The notes below the pieces were generated by a model. It ran no database searches. It was not told the DNA's origin and saw nothing but the letters and a program-made list of their open reading frames with translations. From the NCBI GenBank assembly GCA_020057295.1, contig JAGVGF010000004.1, positions 1 through 64,000 of the forward strand: a DNA stretch of 64,000 bases. Direction: 5' to 3'. Source of the stretch: an archaeon (GTDB taxonomy: Archaea > Nanobdellota > Nanobdellia > Woesearchaeales > UBA9642). Both the position numbers and the translations under genes were made by a program. Below are positions 29,300 through 38,712 of this stretch, piece by piece. Every line of letters begins with the position of its first letter. The first letter of the stretch is position 1.

Positions 29300-30345
29300 T
29301 TTTTATATCCTATATGATTCTCCATAGGTTGATACGGATTGAAAGGATAATCATCTCCGCGATATTTAAGTTTACGTTTAGAGGGTGAAATTTCAAGTCC
29401 AAATCTTTTAGCAGCATTATAAAAAGTCAGATGTTCTATCTGATTATCGTTGAAGTTATTACGTCTTAGATGTTCTACAAAAACAGGCCACCAAGGTATT
29501 CCAGGAATTCCTGACATGAATGGTTCATTAGCTTTTTCTTCTAACGAATGTGGTGCGTGATCAGTTTCTATCCAATCAATTTTTCCGTCACGTAGTAACT
29601 CTAACATAGCATTTTTAGAATTTAAATTACGTAATGGAGGGTTCATCTTCCACAATATTCCATCATTAGCATCCATTTGTTGCCAGTCGTAAATAAAATG
29701 ATGTGGACATACACCACATGAAACATCTAAACCTCGAATTTTGGCGCTATCAATCATCGATACAGCTACAGGTGAAGAAATATGTGCTATGTGAAGTTTT
29801 CCATGAAATTTACTCTCGTATGCTAATCTTAATTGATCGGCAACTGATGCTATTTCGGCTTTTTCAGGACGTGCGTGACAATGTGTGATTGGATGTAATG
29901 GATCCCATAGTTTTGGTTCTAATAATGATTCTTTTTCAGCATGAACAGCTAACATCCCATAATATCCTTGTTCTGAAAGTGTTTGATACACTCTTTGTTG
30001 ATCCTCAAGTTGTATAACACCTAAATTTCCTACAGAATGCCCTGCATACAGTTTCATTCCTACTACTTGTGGAAATTCTCTATAGATATCTACAGCTCTT
30101 TTAACTTGCTCTGTATCAGAAGTTAAACCGATATATAAACCGTAGAATACTCCAGAAACATTTGCGTCTTTAACTATTTTTAATCTATCAATAACTACAT
30201 CTCTAGTAATTATTGCAGGATTAGTATTTGGCATATCGAACACTGCATCTAAGCCAGAATTATACGCGACTTCTAGTCCGTGTTTTATAGTTTCTTTATG
30301 CTTTTGATTAAAGTCCCTTAGATGGACGTGAGGATCTATAAACAT
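29296..30345 (-). CDS. pyrC: Dihydroorotase
   Basis: DPHVHLRD, DMPNTNP, HAE, HIAHIS, KMNPPLR, TDHAPH, SGIPG. Confidence 0.92.
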   Translation of the reverse strand: MFIDPHVHLRDFNQKHKETIKHGLEVAYNSGLDAVFDMPNTNPAIITRDVVIDRLKIVKDANVSGVFYGLYIGLTSDTEQVKRAVDIYREFPQVVGMKLYAGHSVGNLGVIQLEDQQRVYQTLSEQGYYGMLAVHAEKESLLEPKLWDPLHPITHCHARPEKAEIASVADQLRLAYESKFHGKLHIAHISSPVAVSMIDSAKIRGLDVSCGVCPHHFIYDWQQMDANDGILWKMNPPLRNLNSKNAMLELLRDGKIDWIETDHAPHSLEEKANEPFMSGIPGIPWWPVFVEHLRRNNFNDNQIEHLTFYNAAKRFGLEISPSKRKLKYRGDDYPFNPYQPMENHIGYKK

Positions 30346-30433
30346 TTTTTCCAAAAGTGTTAATACTTTAAAAATTTTATTGTAGTATTATTCCTTTAAA
30401 GTGAGAACTATTTAATAACAAGGCATTTTTTAA

Positions 30434-33400
30434 TTATATCTTTAAACTTGTAACTTTAGAAATTCCGAACTCGTTCATACTAACACCGTACAATATGTCT
30501 GCTTCTGAAATTACGCCATCGTTATGACTAATTATAATATATTGTGCCTTCTTAGCATAATTTTTCACAAGCAATGCTAATTGTTCTGAATTCTTTTTAT
30601 CAAGTGCTGCATCTACTTCATCAAATATATAAAATGGTGCAGGATCATACTCTTGAACAGCAAATATAAATGCTATAGCAGTTAAGGTCTTTTCTCCACC
30701 AGATAATGATTTAATATCTAAGAACTTTGTACCACTAATTCTTACTTTAATCAGTAATCCTCCATTAAATGGATCATTTTTATCTTCCAGTTCAAGCGAT
30801 GCCTCTCCTTTACTTGATAACGCACCAAATATTACCTTAAAGTTGTGATCAATAATTTCATAAGTTTTCATGAACAATTCACGCTTCTTACTATCAATTT
30901 CATTAATCATCATTAATACATCTTCACGTTCACTCAATATTTTGTCCTTCTTATCAATAAATGTCTTATATTCTTTTTCTATTTTTTCATAAATTTCAAG
31001 CGCACGCATATTTACTGCACCAATATCTGATATTAATTTCTCGAATTGTGCAATTTCCTTTAATATTTCTGACTCTGGCTTATCCTTGAATAATTCAACA
31101 CCTTCATACTGTTTATACTCTTCAATCATTCCAGATAATTGTGCACGTATTTCAGCGCCTTGTAATGATACTAAATTGCCTTTCTGTTCAATTCTTCTAG
31201 AATCTTCCTGTTTATTGTATATCTCATTTTCATTTTTACTAATCTCTTCAGATAACTTATTTCGTTTATTGAATAATTCTTTAAATTGTGCAAAGAATTT
31301 AGCCTCAACAGCTTCTTTTTCTTTTAATGAACCTTCTTGTTCCTTAATTTTCTTTATTAATGCGGATTTTTCATCTTCGAATCCTGCTTTTTCTTTATCT
31401 TGCTGCTTCAAAATTTTTGATATATTCTCTTTTTCAGGATTTAAAACATTAGACACTTGTGCATCATTATTCTTTATTTCTATTCTATAATTATTCACTT
31501 CCTCTTTTAATTGTGTCTTTTTCTGCTCGAATGCATTTAATTCTGCAAGTAGTGCAGGATTTCTTAATTCATTTATCTTATCTCGTAATTGTTGTTTCCT
31601 AATTTTTAATTGTGCTAACTGCTTATTTTTTTCAGAAGTCTTAACAATAATATTATCTAAATTTTTATCTATCTCTGTCATTAATTTTTTTAATTCTGTC
31701 TTCTGTTTTTTACTAACATCTAAATCATTAGAATCTAAATGTAAGGTTCTTTCCATTACTATTACTTCGCCATCAATATTAGATTTTAATTGTCTTAATC
31801 TATCTATTAACTCTTCATTATCTAATCTCTTTTGTTCCAAGTTACTTAACATTCCTGTATAATCTGATATTTCCGATTCGAGTCTGTTGATACCGTCGCT
31901 AACTTCTTTCTCTTGGAATCCTGAACCTGTCTTAGTTCTAAATCCACCTTGCATCGATCCAGAAGTTTCAAGTAAATCTCCTGTCATTGTAACCATACGA
32001 TAATTTCCAACACCAATTTTTCTTGCTGTTTCTACATCTTCAACAACTATAGTATTTTCGAAAACGTAACTGAAAACTTTTTCAAATTTAGGATCATAAG
32101 TAACTAAGTCAATTGCTAAACCTTTAATTCCTGGAGCCTTCAGATTTTTTAACTCAGGTTTTATTGACACGCTTCTAATCTTGTTCATTGGTAAGAATGT
32201 TGCAACACCAAGTTTATTATCTTTTAAATATCTTATACATTCTGCAGCTACTTTATCATCTTCGACAACTATGCTTCTTATTCTTCCACCTGCAGCAACT
32301 TCTAACGCTAAACTAAATTCTGATTGCACATTACCAAGTGTAGATACTAGTCCATAGATGCCTTTTTTAGTTTCTCGCATCTCTAAAATTCTTTGAACAG
32401 CAACACCTGCTGCTACACTTTCTCTAATAGTATTATTTTTAGCTTGTAATTTTACTAATTCTTCTTTTCTACTTAACATTTTAGAACGTGCATTTTCCAT
32501 CTGCGCAGCAAGTGATGAATTTTCAGATAATGCTGCATTTAATTCTAAAGTTATTTTTTTAAATTCATCCTTCTTCTTTTTTAATATCTCAACCTGTTCT
32601 TTATTTTCTTTTTCAAGTTTTAGAACATTATCAATACTTTCATCAATATTCTTTAATATTAACTCATTTTTATCCTTATCTCTGAGAAGATTTTGTTGTT
32701 CCTCACGGAATTTTTGTGCTTCTTCCTGTAATAATTCGCTATCCTTATCTATTTGTTCAATCTCTTTGTCGATTTGTTGTACACTATCTAAATTATTTTT
32801 TTCTAAGAAATTTTTAATTTTTAGATCAATCTGTTGTAATTCTTTATCTTTAATATTAATTGTTCCTTCAAGTTCTTTCTTACTATTGTGAAGTTTCTCT
32901 ATTTTTTCAGTCAATTCATCATAAGAATTTTGTAATTGTTGTTTTCTCTCATTAATTTTAGTTAATTCTGTTTCTATACCATTAACACGCTGATTATTTA
33001 GTGCTAATTCAATCTTTAACTTTTCAACCTCTTTATGTATTGCAACTTGTTCCTTTTCGCCTTTTTCTTCAATCTCTTTATTTATCTTTTCAATCTCTCT
33101 TTTTTTATGATCTATAGTATCTTTTAATTTATTAACTTCTTCCGTGAATTTAGCTATTTTACTGGATCCTTCATCGATTTCCTTCTGTAACTTATCACGT
33201 TCAGTACTCTTTGTTTTAATTTTAGAATCAAGTAATGTTGCTTTATTACTCTTAATTTTATCATTTAAATCTTTGAATTTTAATGCTTGATCCCTGTCTC
33301 TTTTTAATTCTTGTAAATGTGTTTTTCTCTCTGCTAGAATTATTTCAACTTCATTCATCTTTTCTTCAACACGTTGCAATTCTCTTAACGCCTTTTCTTT

Positions 33401-33973
33401 CTTTTCTTCATAAACACTAAGGCCTGCTATTTGTTCAAGCATTTGTCTACGTTCTAATGGACTCATTTCTATTAATCTAATTATTTCTCCTTGTAGAACT
33501 ATATTATATCCGTCTGGATTAATTTTAGCAAAACTTAGTAAATCTAGAATTTCTTGTCTGGTCTTTGATTTGTCATTTATTTTATACACAGATTGTCCAT
33601 TTTCTTTGATTATTCTTGTAATTTTTATTTCATCTTTATACTTTTCTTCTTGAGGTTTCTTTCTTTTAGAATCATCTCTAATCTCAGGAAATATTTTGTT
33701 AGTATTATCAAAGAATATTGAAACTTCTCCATCCTTGGCCGGATTCTTTAACTTTCCACCATTATATATCAAGTTCGAAGATTTTTCTGCACGCATTTCC
33801 TTAGAAGAACCTTTACCAAGAACGAAACATAACGCATCCATTACATTACTCTTTCCAGAACCATTAGGACCTAAAACGCAATTATAATTATCTCCAAATA
33901 ATAACTCAGTCTTATTAGCGAATGACTTAAAACCCTTAATTTCCAACTTAGTAATTTTTGTAACTCTAGACAT
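30434..33973 (-). CDS. smc: Chromosome segregation protein SMC
   Basis: GFKSF, GPNGSGKSN, coiled coils, hinge, LSGGE, FDEVDAALD. Confidence 0.97.
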   Translation of the reverse strand: MSRVTKITKLEIKGFKSFANKTELLFGDNYNCVLGPNGSGKSNVMDALCFVLGKGSSKEMRAEKSSNLIYNGGKLKNPAKDGEVSIFFDNTNKIFPEIRDDSKRKKPQEEKYKDEIKITRIIKENGQSVYKINDKSKTRQEILDLLSFAKINPDGYNIVLQGEIIRLIEMSPLERRQMLEQIAGLSVYEEKKEKALRELQRVEEKMNEVEIILAERKTHLQELKRDRDQALKFKDLNDKIKSNKATLLDSKIKTKSTERDKLQKEIDEGSSKIAKFTEEVNKLKDTIDHKKREIEKINKEIEEKGEKEQVAIHKEVEKLKIELALNNQRVNGIETELTKINERKQQLQNSYDELTEKIEKLHNSKKELEGTINIKDKELQQIDLKIKNFLEKNNLDSVQQIDKEIEQIDKDSELLQEEAQKFREEQQNLLRDKDKNELILKNIDESIDNVLKLEKENKEQVEILKKKKDEFKKITLELNAALSENSSLAAQMENARSKMLSRKEELVKLQAKNNTIRESVAAGVAVQRILEMRETKKGIYGLVSTLGNVQSEFSLALEVAAGGRIRSIVVEDDKVAAECIRYLKDNKLGVATFLPMNKIRSVSIKPELKNLKAPGIKGLAIDLVTYDPKFEKVFSYVFENTIVVEDVETARKIGVGNYRMVTMTGDLLETSGSMQGGFRTKTGSGFQEKEVSDGINRLESEISDYTGMLSNLEQKRLDNEELIDRLRQLKSNIDGEVIVMERTLHLDSNDLDVSKKQKTELKKLMTEIDKNLDNIIVKTSEKNKQLAQLKIRKQQLRDKINELRNPALLAELNAFEQKKTQLKEEVNNYRIEIKNNDAQVSNVLNPEKENISKILKQQDKEKAGFEDEKSALIKKIKEQEGSLKEKEAVEAKFFAQFKELFNKRNKLSEEISKNENEIYNKQEDSRRIEQKGNLVSLQGAEIRAQLSGMIEEYKQYEGVELFKDKPESEILKEIAQFEKLISDIGAVNMRALEIYEKIEKEYKTFIDKKDKILSEREDVLMMINEIDSKKRELFMKTYEIIDHNFKVIFGALSSKGEASLELEDKNDPFNGGLLIKVRISGTKFLDIKSLSGGEKTLTAIAFIFAVQEYDPAPFYIFDEVDAALDKKNSEQLALLVKNYAKKAQYIIISHNDGVISEADILYGVSMNEFGISKVTSLKI

Positions 33974-34184
33974 TATGCTTCTTTACCTCACGTTTGACTA
34001 ACACTTTGGCACGACCGCTATTTCCTGCTGCTAATGGTGGCAGAATGTGCGAAAGCAACTGTTCTGCAGTCAATTTCCTTACTTTTCCATTTGTTCTTTG
34101 AATCCATTGACCTGCTACTTTATTGTAAGTTTGTTTCCATCCTGAAGGCAAAACGATATAGATTGTGCATTCATCGTTCTTCAT
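33966..34184 (-). CDS. Small hypothetical protein
   Basis: 72 aa from ATG 34184 with GGAG upstream; overlaps the smc start. Confidence 0.6.
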   Translation of the reverse strand: MKNDECTIYIVLPSGWKQTYNKVAGQWIQRTNGKVRKLTAEQLLSHILPPLAAGNSGRAKVLVKREVKKHNV

Positions 34185-34279
34185 AGTTTGTCTCCATAAC
34201 ACCAGCTACAATCTTTTGTGCCTCTCACCTAAAACAAGGTTTTTATCCATATTTTATATATAAATTTGATGTTTTTGAT

Positions 34280-35068
34280 TTACTCTTCATTTTTTTTGAG
34301 CACAAATACTACAAAACGTGAATTTCTAGGAAATATTTTTATAAATAACATTAACTTTGTCATGCTTATAGCAAAAAATTTGTTCATATTTCTTAAAATA
34401 TACAAAGGTTTTAGATCAAATACTATTCCTTCTGAGTGTGTAACCTTGAATCCATTTTTTTTAAAATGATCTAATGCCTCATCATATTCCCATTCGTTTA
34501 AATGTTCTGGTATAATCAGGCCTTCTCTTTTTTTAAAAATCAATTCGAACTTATTCATGAGTGTTTTATTTATAAACGGATATGATATTACAAATATTCC
34601 GTCTTTTTTTAATACCCTATGACATTCTTTTAATACTTTATCAGGATTTAGCACATGTTCTATAGTTTCAACACATGTAATCTTATCAAAGAATTCATCC
34701 GGAAATTCTAATCTTTCAATATTCATTTTTTTGAATATAACATTTCCTTTTTTTGTGTTATTTTTCTGAAACGCAGTTTTCGCTATATCAACACCATAAA
34801 CTTTTTTACATTCTTTAGATATTTTTATTGAAAAAAATCCTTCTCCACATCCTGCATCTAAAACAGTATCTTTTTTTTGAAGATTTAAACTTTTTAATAC
34901 TGATTTTTGTCTTTCTTTATGATACATTTTACCAATATCTATACCAAATAGAATTAATCCTTGATATCCTTCCTTATGCCATACATTATTATAATATTTT
35001 TCTAATTCTTTGTTGTTCTTGAACTTTAATTTTCCTTTATTTTGCATTATTTCTCTGAATTTCTTCAT
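34280..35068 (-). CDS. Class I SAM-dependent methyltransferase (type 11)
   Basis: VLDAGCGEG, FDKITCVETIEHV, RVLKKDG. ATGA overlap with the TrmB gene. Confidence 0.88.
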   Translation of the reverse strand: MKKFREIMQNKGKLKFKNNKELEKYYNNVWHKEGYQGLILFGIDIGKMYHKERQKSVLKSLNLQKKDTVLDAGCGEGFFSIKISKECKKVYGVDIAKTAFQKNNTKKGNVIFKKMNIERLEFPDEFFDKITCVETIEHVLNPDKVLKECHRVLKKDGIFVISYPFINKTLMNKFELIFKKREGLIIPEHLNEWEYDEALDHFKKNGFKVTHSEGIVFDLKPLYILRNMNKFFAISMTKLMLFIKIFPRNSRFVVFVLKKNEE

Positions 35069-35775
35069 TTCATCTCTGGAGCATCAGTATTCATGTAGTA
35101 TCTTGTGAATAACTCTTTCATGACTTTTGCAAATGCTGCGTCTCGTATGAGCATCGTGGTGTTTGATTTAATCAATCCTATCATTACATGTTTGTCATCT
35201 GCAATTGATATTGCAACGCCTTCATTTTCTATTGGTCGAATATTCTTATCTAAATTCATCCATTCTTTCAAATTTGGTTTGGTTTCTTCATCTACTCTTC
35301 CTAATGTTCTATATTCCACTCCTTTGACTTTTTTCTCTCTTGCACTTCTTATGAATTCTGGACTTAGACTGAATAAATATTTGATGCTGTATTCGTATTT
35401 TTCTGCTGTATCTATTTCAGCACTTATTTTATGGAAACTACTTTTACCTTTCGCGATCAATACTGGCTCAATTGTTTTTTCTTCGTATATTTTTTTTAAT
35501 TCTTTCACATGATTATCTATGTCCATTAGGCCTTTTATTTTCATATCTATTATTTCATGAAGTTTGTCCGGATCTGTAGGAATATATTTTTTAGTCTTTT
35601 CAGGAACAACTCTAACTAATCCTTTTTCTTCCAATGATTCTAGAACGGTATAAATCCTTCCGTAAGGGATTTGAGCCTCCTTACTTATATGCGCGGCAGA
35701 AGTTTTTCCTAAGCGTAGCATTATCTCATACGCCTTCGTCTCGTTACTAGTAAGTCCTAGTACTTTATAGTCCAT
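35065..35775 (-). CDS. TrmB-family transcriptional regulator
   Basis: LGLTSNETKAY...IPYGRIYTVLESLEEKGLV (TrmB HTH) plus a C-terminal effector domain. SD TGAGG. Confidence 0.9.
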   Translation of the reverse strand: MDYKVLGLTSNETKAYEIMLRLGKTSAAHISKEAQIPYGRIYTVLESLEEKGLVRVVPEKTKKYIPTDPDKLHEIIDMKIKGLMDIDNHVKELKKIYEEKTIEPVLIAKGKSSFHKISAEIDTAEKYEYSIKYLFSLSPEFIRSAREKKVKGVEYRTLGRVDEETKPNLKEWMNLDKNIRPIENEGVAISIADDKHVMIGLIKSNTTMLIRDAAFAKVMKELFTRYYMNTDAPEMK

Positions 35776-35845
35776 AACGTCCTCATTGCTTTCCAAGCAC
35801 AGTTTTTTCCAAGCGTAAATTGAATGATGAATTAATGAATATAAA

Positions 35846-35967
35846 ATACCTCTTTAGCGTCCTCGATCCTTGATTATACGCTACGACCTTTGGCGCGTCG
35901 TACCCTTTGAAGGCTACCATGTTGTTCATAAACATCAGCAAGCGTAGAAGCCCGCTAAAGACGGTAT
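35846..35967 (-). ncRNA. Putative structured non-coding RNA (~122 nt), family unassigned
   Basis: Closing helix ATACC-TCTTTAGCG/CGCTAAAGA-C-GGTAT, inner helix TACGC/GCGTA and three hairpins. TATA at 36001-36008 on the minus strand, T-run after the 3' end. Visibly GC-richer than its flanks. Confidence 0.6.
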
Positions 35968-36033
35968 ACTTATTCTACTATTGATTTATTATTTATTTAA
36001 TATATAAAGTTTACGTTCGCAACCTCCTTTGGG

Positions 36034-36061
36034 GTGGCAAACATATAAATACTATTGCCAC
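36034..36061. promoter_or_regulatory. Inverted repeat GTGGCAA-N14-TTGCCAC enclosing a TATA box (putative operator)
   Basis: Perfect 7-bp arms around ACATATAAATACTA, about 40-60 bp upstream of ATG 36098. Confidence 0.55.
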
Positions 36062-36097
36062 TATCTAGTAATAACATAAAAAATAGGGGTTGAGATT

Positions 36098-36823
36098 ATG
36101 AATCAAAATTTAACAGAGGCAAACAATCAAGCACAATATCCTTACTCTTGGGATGATATCGAACCATATATCAAAGAAAAATTATCTCAAGCAAAATCTA
36201 TAATGACTTTTGGAACGATTGGAAGTAGAAACGTACAGCATGACATTGATATAATCGTAACAAAAAAAACAGATGCAAGCACATCACAATATTATAAGGA
36301 AATACATGAATTACTTGATGGATTAGATGCCTACTTAAAGGGAAATTATGGTAAGAAACTGATAAAATTCACTAAGTTTGCACATCAAGAAGAATTTCTT
36401 TACATAGGAAATTATCAATTAGGAGATTTAGCTTTACACGTAATGAACTACTCAAATTTGGAGCATATGAAGCAAATTTGGGCTCCTGACTTAAAAAATG
36501 GAGAAGATATAGAAACAATATTAAGAGAGAATTTTGTTCCATTATGTGGATCCAAAGAGTTCCTATTTAGTGAAGATTTCAAACATAGAAAAATGTATGA
36601 TGGATTATTATTGAAACTGGATGAGCAAGATAGAACAAATGCACATTATCCAGAATCATTGCTAGTAAACAGTTCGAATCATCTGTACAAATATGTGTTG
36701 AAATATCTAGGCGCACAAGAGAAATGCGTTGCCAAAGATAGACAAGAAGTACGAGAATATTTCTACAAAATATTAGACCAGATAGATATGATGAATAATT
36801 TAGAACAAAAAATGGAGGGATAA
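36098..36823 (+). CDS. Pol-beta-superfamily nucleotidyltransferase-like protein
   Basis: IMTFGTIGSRNVQHDIDIIV fits hG[ST]...DhD, followed by an unrecognised helical C-terminus. Confidence 0.6.
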   Translation: MNQNLTEANNQAQYPYSWDDIEPYIKEKLSQAKSIMTFGTIGSRNVQHDIDIIVTKKTDASTSQYYKEIHELLDGLDAYLKGNYGKKLIKFTKFAHQEEFLYIGNYQLGDLALHVMNYSNLEHMKQIWAPDLKNGEDIETILRENFVPLCGSKEFLFSEDFKHRKMYDGLLLKLDEQDRTNAHYPESLLVNSSNHLYKYVLKYLGAQEKCVAKDRQEVREYFYKILDQIDMMNNLEQKMEG

Positions 36824-36825
36824 AA

Positions 36826-37206
36826 ATGAAATTAGACAAAAAAATAGATTTAAGTGTTCCTGCAGAATTGTTGTTTGATTTGAATAACGATAATGCGCAG
36901 GATTTTGTTTTGGCTGTAAATGATTTTTTTAATGATGAAAAAAAACACTGCTGTTTTAGTAAAAGCAATAAGGGATTATATCTTGTAGATGTTCAAAATC
37001 CTAGAACGTTCGATCACGCGTATCGTCTTGGAAAAGATCAAGTTGCATTGCAATGTTCGTCAAAAGATTATTTATGTCATTATTTAAAATTTGAAAATAG
37101 GCCAAGATTTGCATTTTTAGATAAATCTAGAATGTATGTATCTCAAGGATTTTCACGAGACACGTCTTTTACTGGACGTCATGAGCATTTGTATATTATA
37201 GAATAG
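36826..37206 (+). CDS. Hypothetical protein
   Basis: 126 aa, 2 bp after the NTase stop, SD GGAGGG. Confidence 0.7.
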   Translation: MKLDKKIDLSVPAELLFDLNNDNAQDFVLAVNDFFNDEKKHCCFSKSNKGLYLVDVQNPRTFDHAYRLGKDQVALQCSSKDYLCHYLKFENRPRFAFLDKSRMYVSQGFSRDTSFTGRHEHLYIIE

Positions 37207-37285
37207 TTGTTCTATATGTTCAAACAATAACCTTTTTATACTCTTTCTTTTATGTTTTTTTATTAATAGTTACGGGGTGTTATTA

Positions 37286-38200
37286 ATGGCAGATAAACAT
37301 AATAATCATAGTGAGAGTCATCATGCAGATTCTAAGCATGAACATCATAAGAAAAAAAGGTGGCCTGTTGTTTTAGGAATAGTTTTTGGATTAATAGTTG
37401 TGATTGTTTTAGTTGTATATTTTACAATATTTAGAGTAAGTACGCCAACAGGAACATTAACAATATTGAATGGTAATGTTGAAGTTAACAAAGGTTTAGG
37501 ATTTACAGCAGTATCAACTGGACTTGGATTAAAGGAAGGATACGCTATTAAAACATTAGATGGCAATGCTAGGATAGTATTACTTGATAGTGTGATATTA
37601 ACTTTAGATCCGCAAACCGTCATAAAATTAGAAACTATTGGCTCAGATACGGTTGTTAGTTTAGATCAAGGTACTGCATGGAGTAAATTCATTAAAGGAA
37701 ATATACAATCATATACTTTGCTTGCCAAAGATTCTAACATGGTAGCATATGGTACATCGTTCAAATCAGAAGTTAATTCAGATAATGTAATATTAACTGT
37801 TAGCGAAGGCACTGTAGAGTTTAAGAGTACTGCTGATAAACTCAGTGTTCCTAAAGGTAAAAAATATATTCTAAGCAAAGGAAAAATTGCTGAATCAACA
37901 TTAACTTCTGAAGAAAAAGCATCTTTAGTAAATGGATTGAAGAAAGATAAAGAAGCTATAAAAGATTTACGTATGGATATGATGCAACGTAATAAGGCAA
38001 TATATGATAAGCTAAAAAATATGTTTAATCAAACAGATAAGGACGTGCTTATTGTGCTTGATAAGATTGATAATGGTGAATGGAATGATTCTGAATTAAT
38101 AGCTAAATCTCCAATAAATGTTCCGATAATAGAAAAATTGAAATTAATGAACGATGAAGTAAAATATCAAGATTTAGCTATAAAAGAATTATCTAAATAA
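37286..38200 (+). CDS. FecR-domain membrane protein with a His-rich N-terminus
   Basis: One TM segment, then GNVEV...LKEGYAIKT...LDQGTAW...AYGTSF...VSEGTVEF. Confidence 0.75.
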   Translation: MADKHNNHSESHHADSKHEHHKKKRWPVVLGIVFGLIVVIVLVVYFTIFRVSTPTGTLTILNGNVEVNKGLGFTAVSTGLGLKEGYAIKTLDGNARIVLLDSVILTLDPQTVIKLETIGSDTVVSLDQGTAWSKFIKGNIQSYTLLAKDSNMVAYGTSFKSEVNSDNVILTVSEGTVEFKSTADKLSVPKGKKYILSKGKIAESTLTSEEKASLVNGLKKDKEAIKDLRMDMMQRNKAIYDKLKNMFNQTDKDVLIVLDKIDNGEWNDSELIAKSPINVPIIEKLKLMNDEVKYQDLAIKELSK

Positions 38201-38215
38201 ATAATTTTATTTTTT

Positions 38216-38677
38216 CTATTGATTTCTCGTTTTTGACCAGTATTTTTCTATAAAGAATATTATGCCAAATGCTACGAGTAAGACGGATACGGCGTATATT
38301 TTACTTGATTCAAACTGTTCAACTTTAAACAACATCTCTCTAACTAAAGATATTATCCCCAGTTCTATAACTCTTTCAACTTTAATATAATGTTTCAGCA
38401 AGTAAGAGTATAATATTGTAAATAATTCAATTAATATTAACGTTAATAATAAATTATTTATTACACTCTGGAAATCTCCATTAATTAAATCTACGAAGAA
38501 TAACACATACAATTTGAATACTATTGTTAATAATAATGCAAATATCAATGCCACTATGATAATATTTCCAACAGCTTTCAACGAAGGTAATAGTTTGTTT
38601 TGTATAAAAGAATCTGTTTTTGTTAATTTCTCTACAGGAATATAATGTTCGTTTTGACGTATTTCTTCTTTGCCCAT
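38216..38677 (-). CDS. PsiE-family (phosphate-starvation-inducible) membrane protein
   Basis: LLTLILIELF...YL..H and IELGIISLVRE. Start moved to 38677 to avoid overlap with rnhB. Confidence 0.8.
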   Translation of the reverse strand: MGKEEIRQNEHYIPVEKLTKTDSFIQNKLLPSLKAVGNIIIVALIFALLLTIVFKLYVLFFVDLINGDFQSVINNLLLTLILIELFTILYSYLLKHYIKVERVIELGIISLVREMLFKVEQFESSKIYAVSVLLVAFGIIFFIEKYWSKTRNQ

Positions 38678-38712
38678 TTTATCTTCTCTCAAACAGTCAT
38701 TTATATATTTTG

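Noticed and set aside
35846-35967. Identification of the structured RNA as 5S rRNA, SRP RNA, RNase P RNA, hammerhead or fluoride/SAM riboswitch
   Set aside because: It lacks the 5S CCGAAC loop and three-way layout, the SRP helix-8 motif, RNase P GAGGAAAGUCC, hammerhead CUGANGA/GAAA (it has CUGAUGU) and riboswitch cores. Judged by eye only.
36826-37206. Calling the NTase partner a HEPN toxin
   Set aside because: No convincing Rx4-6H motif in a helical context, and the sequence looks mixed alpha/beta.
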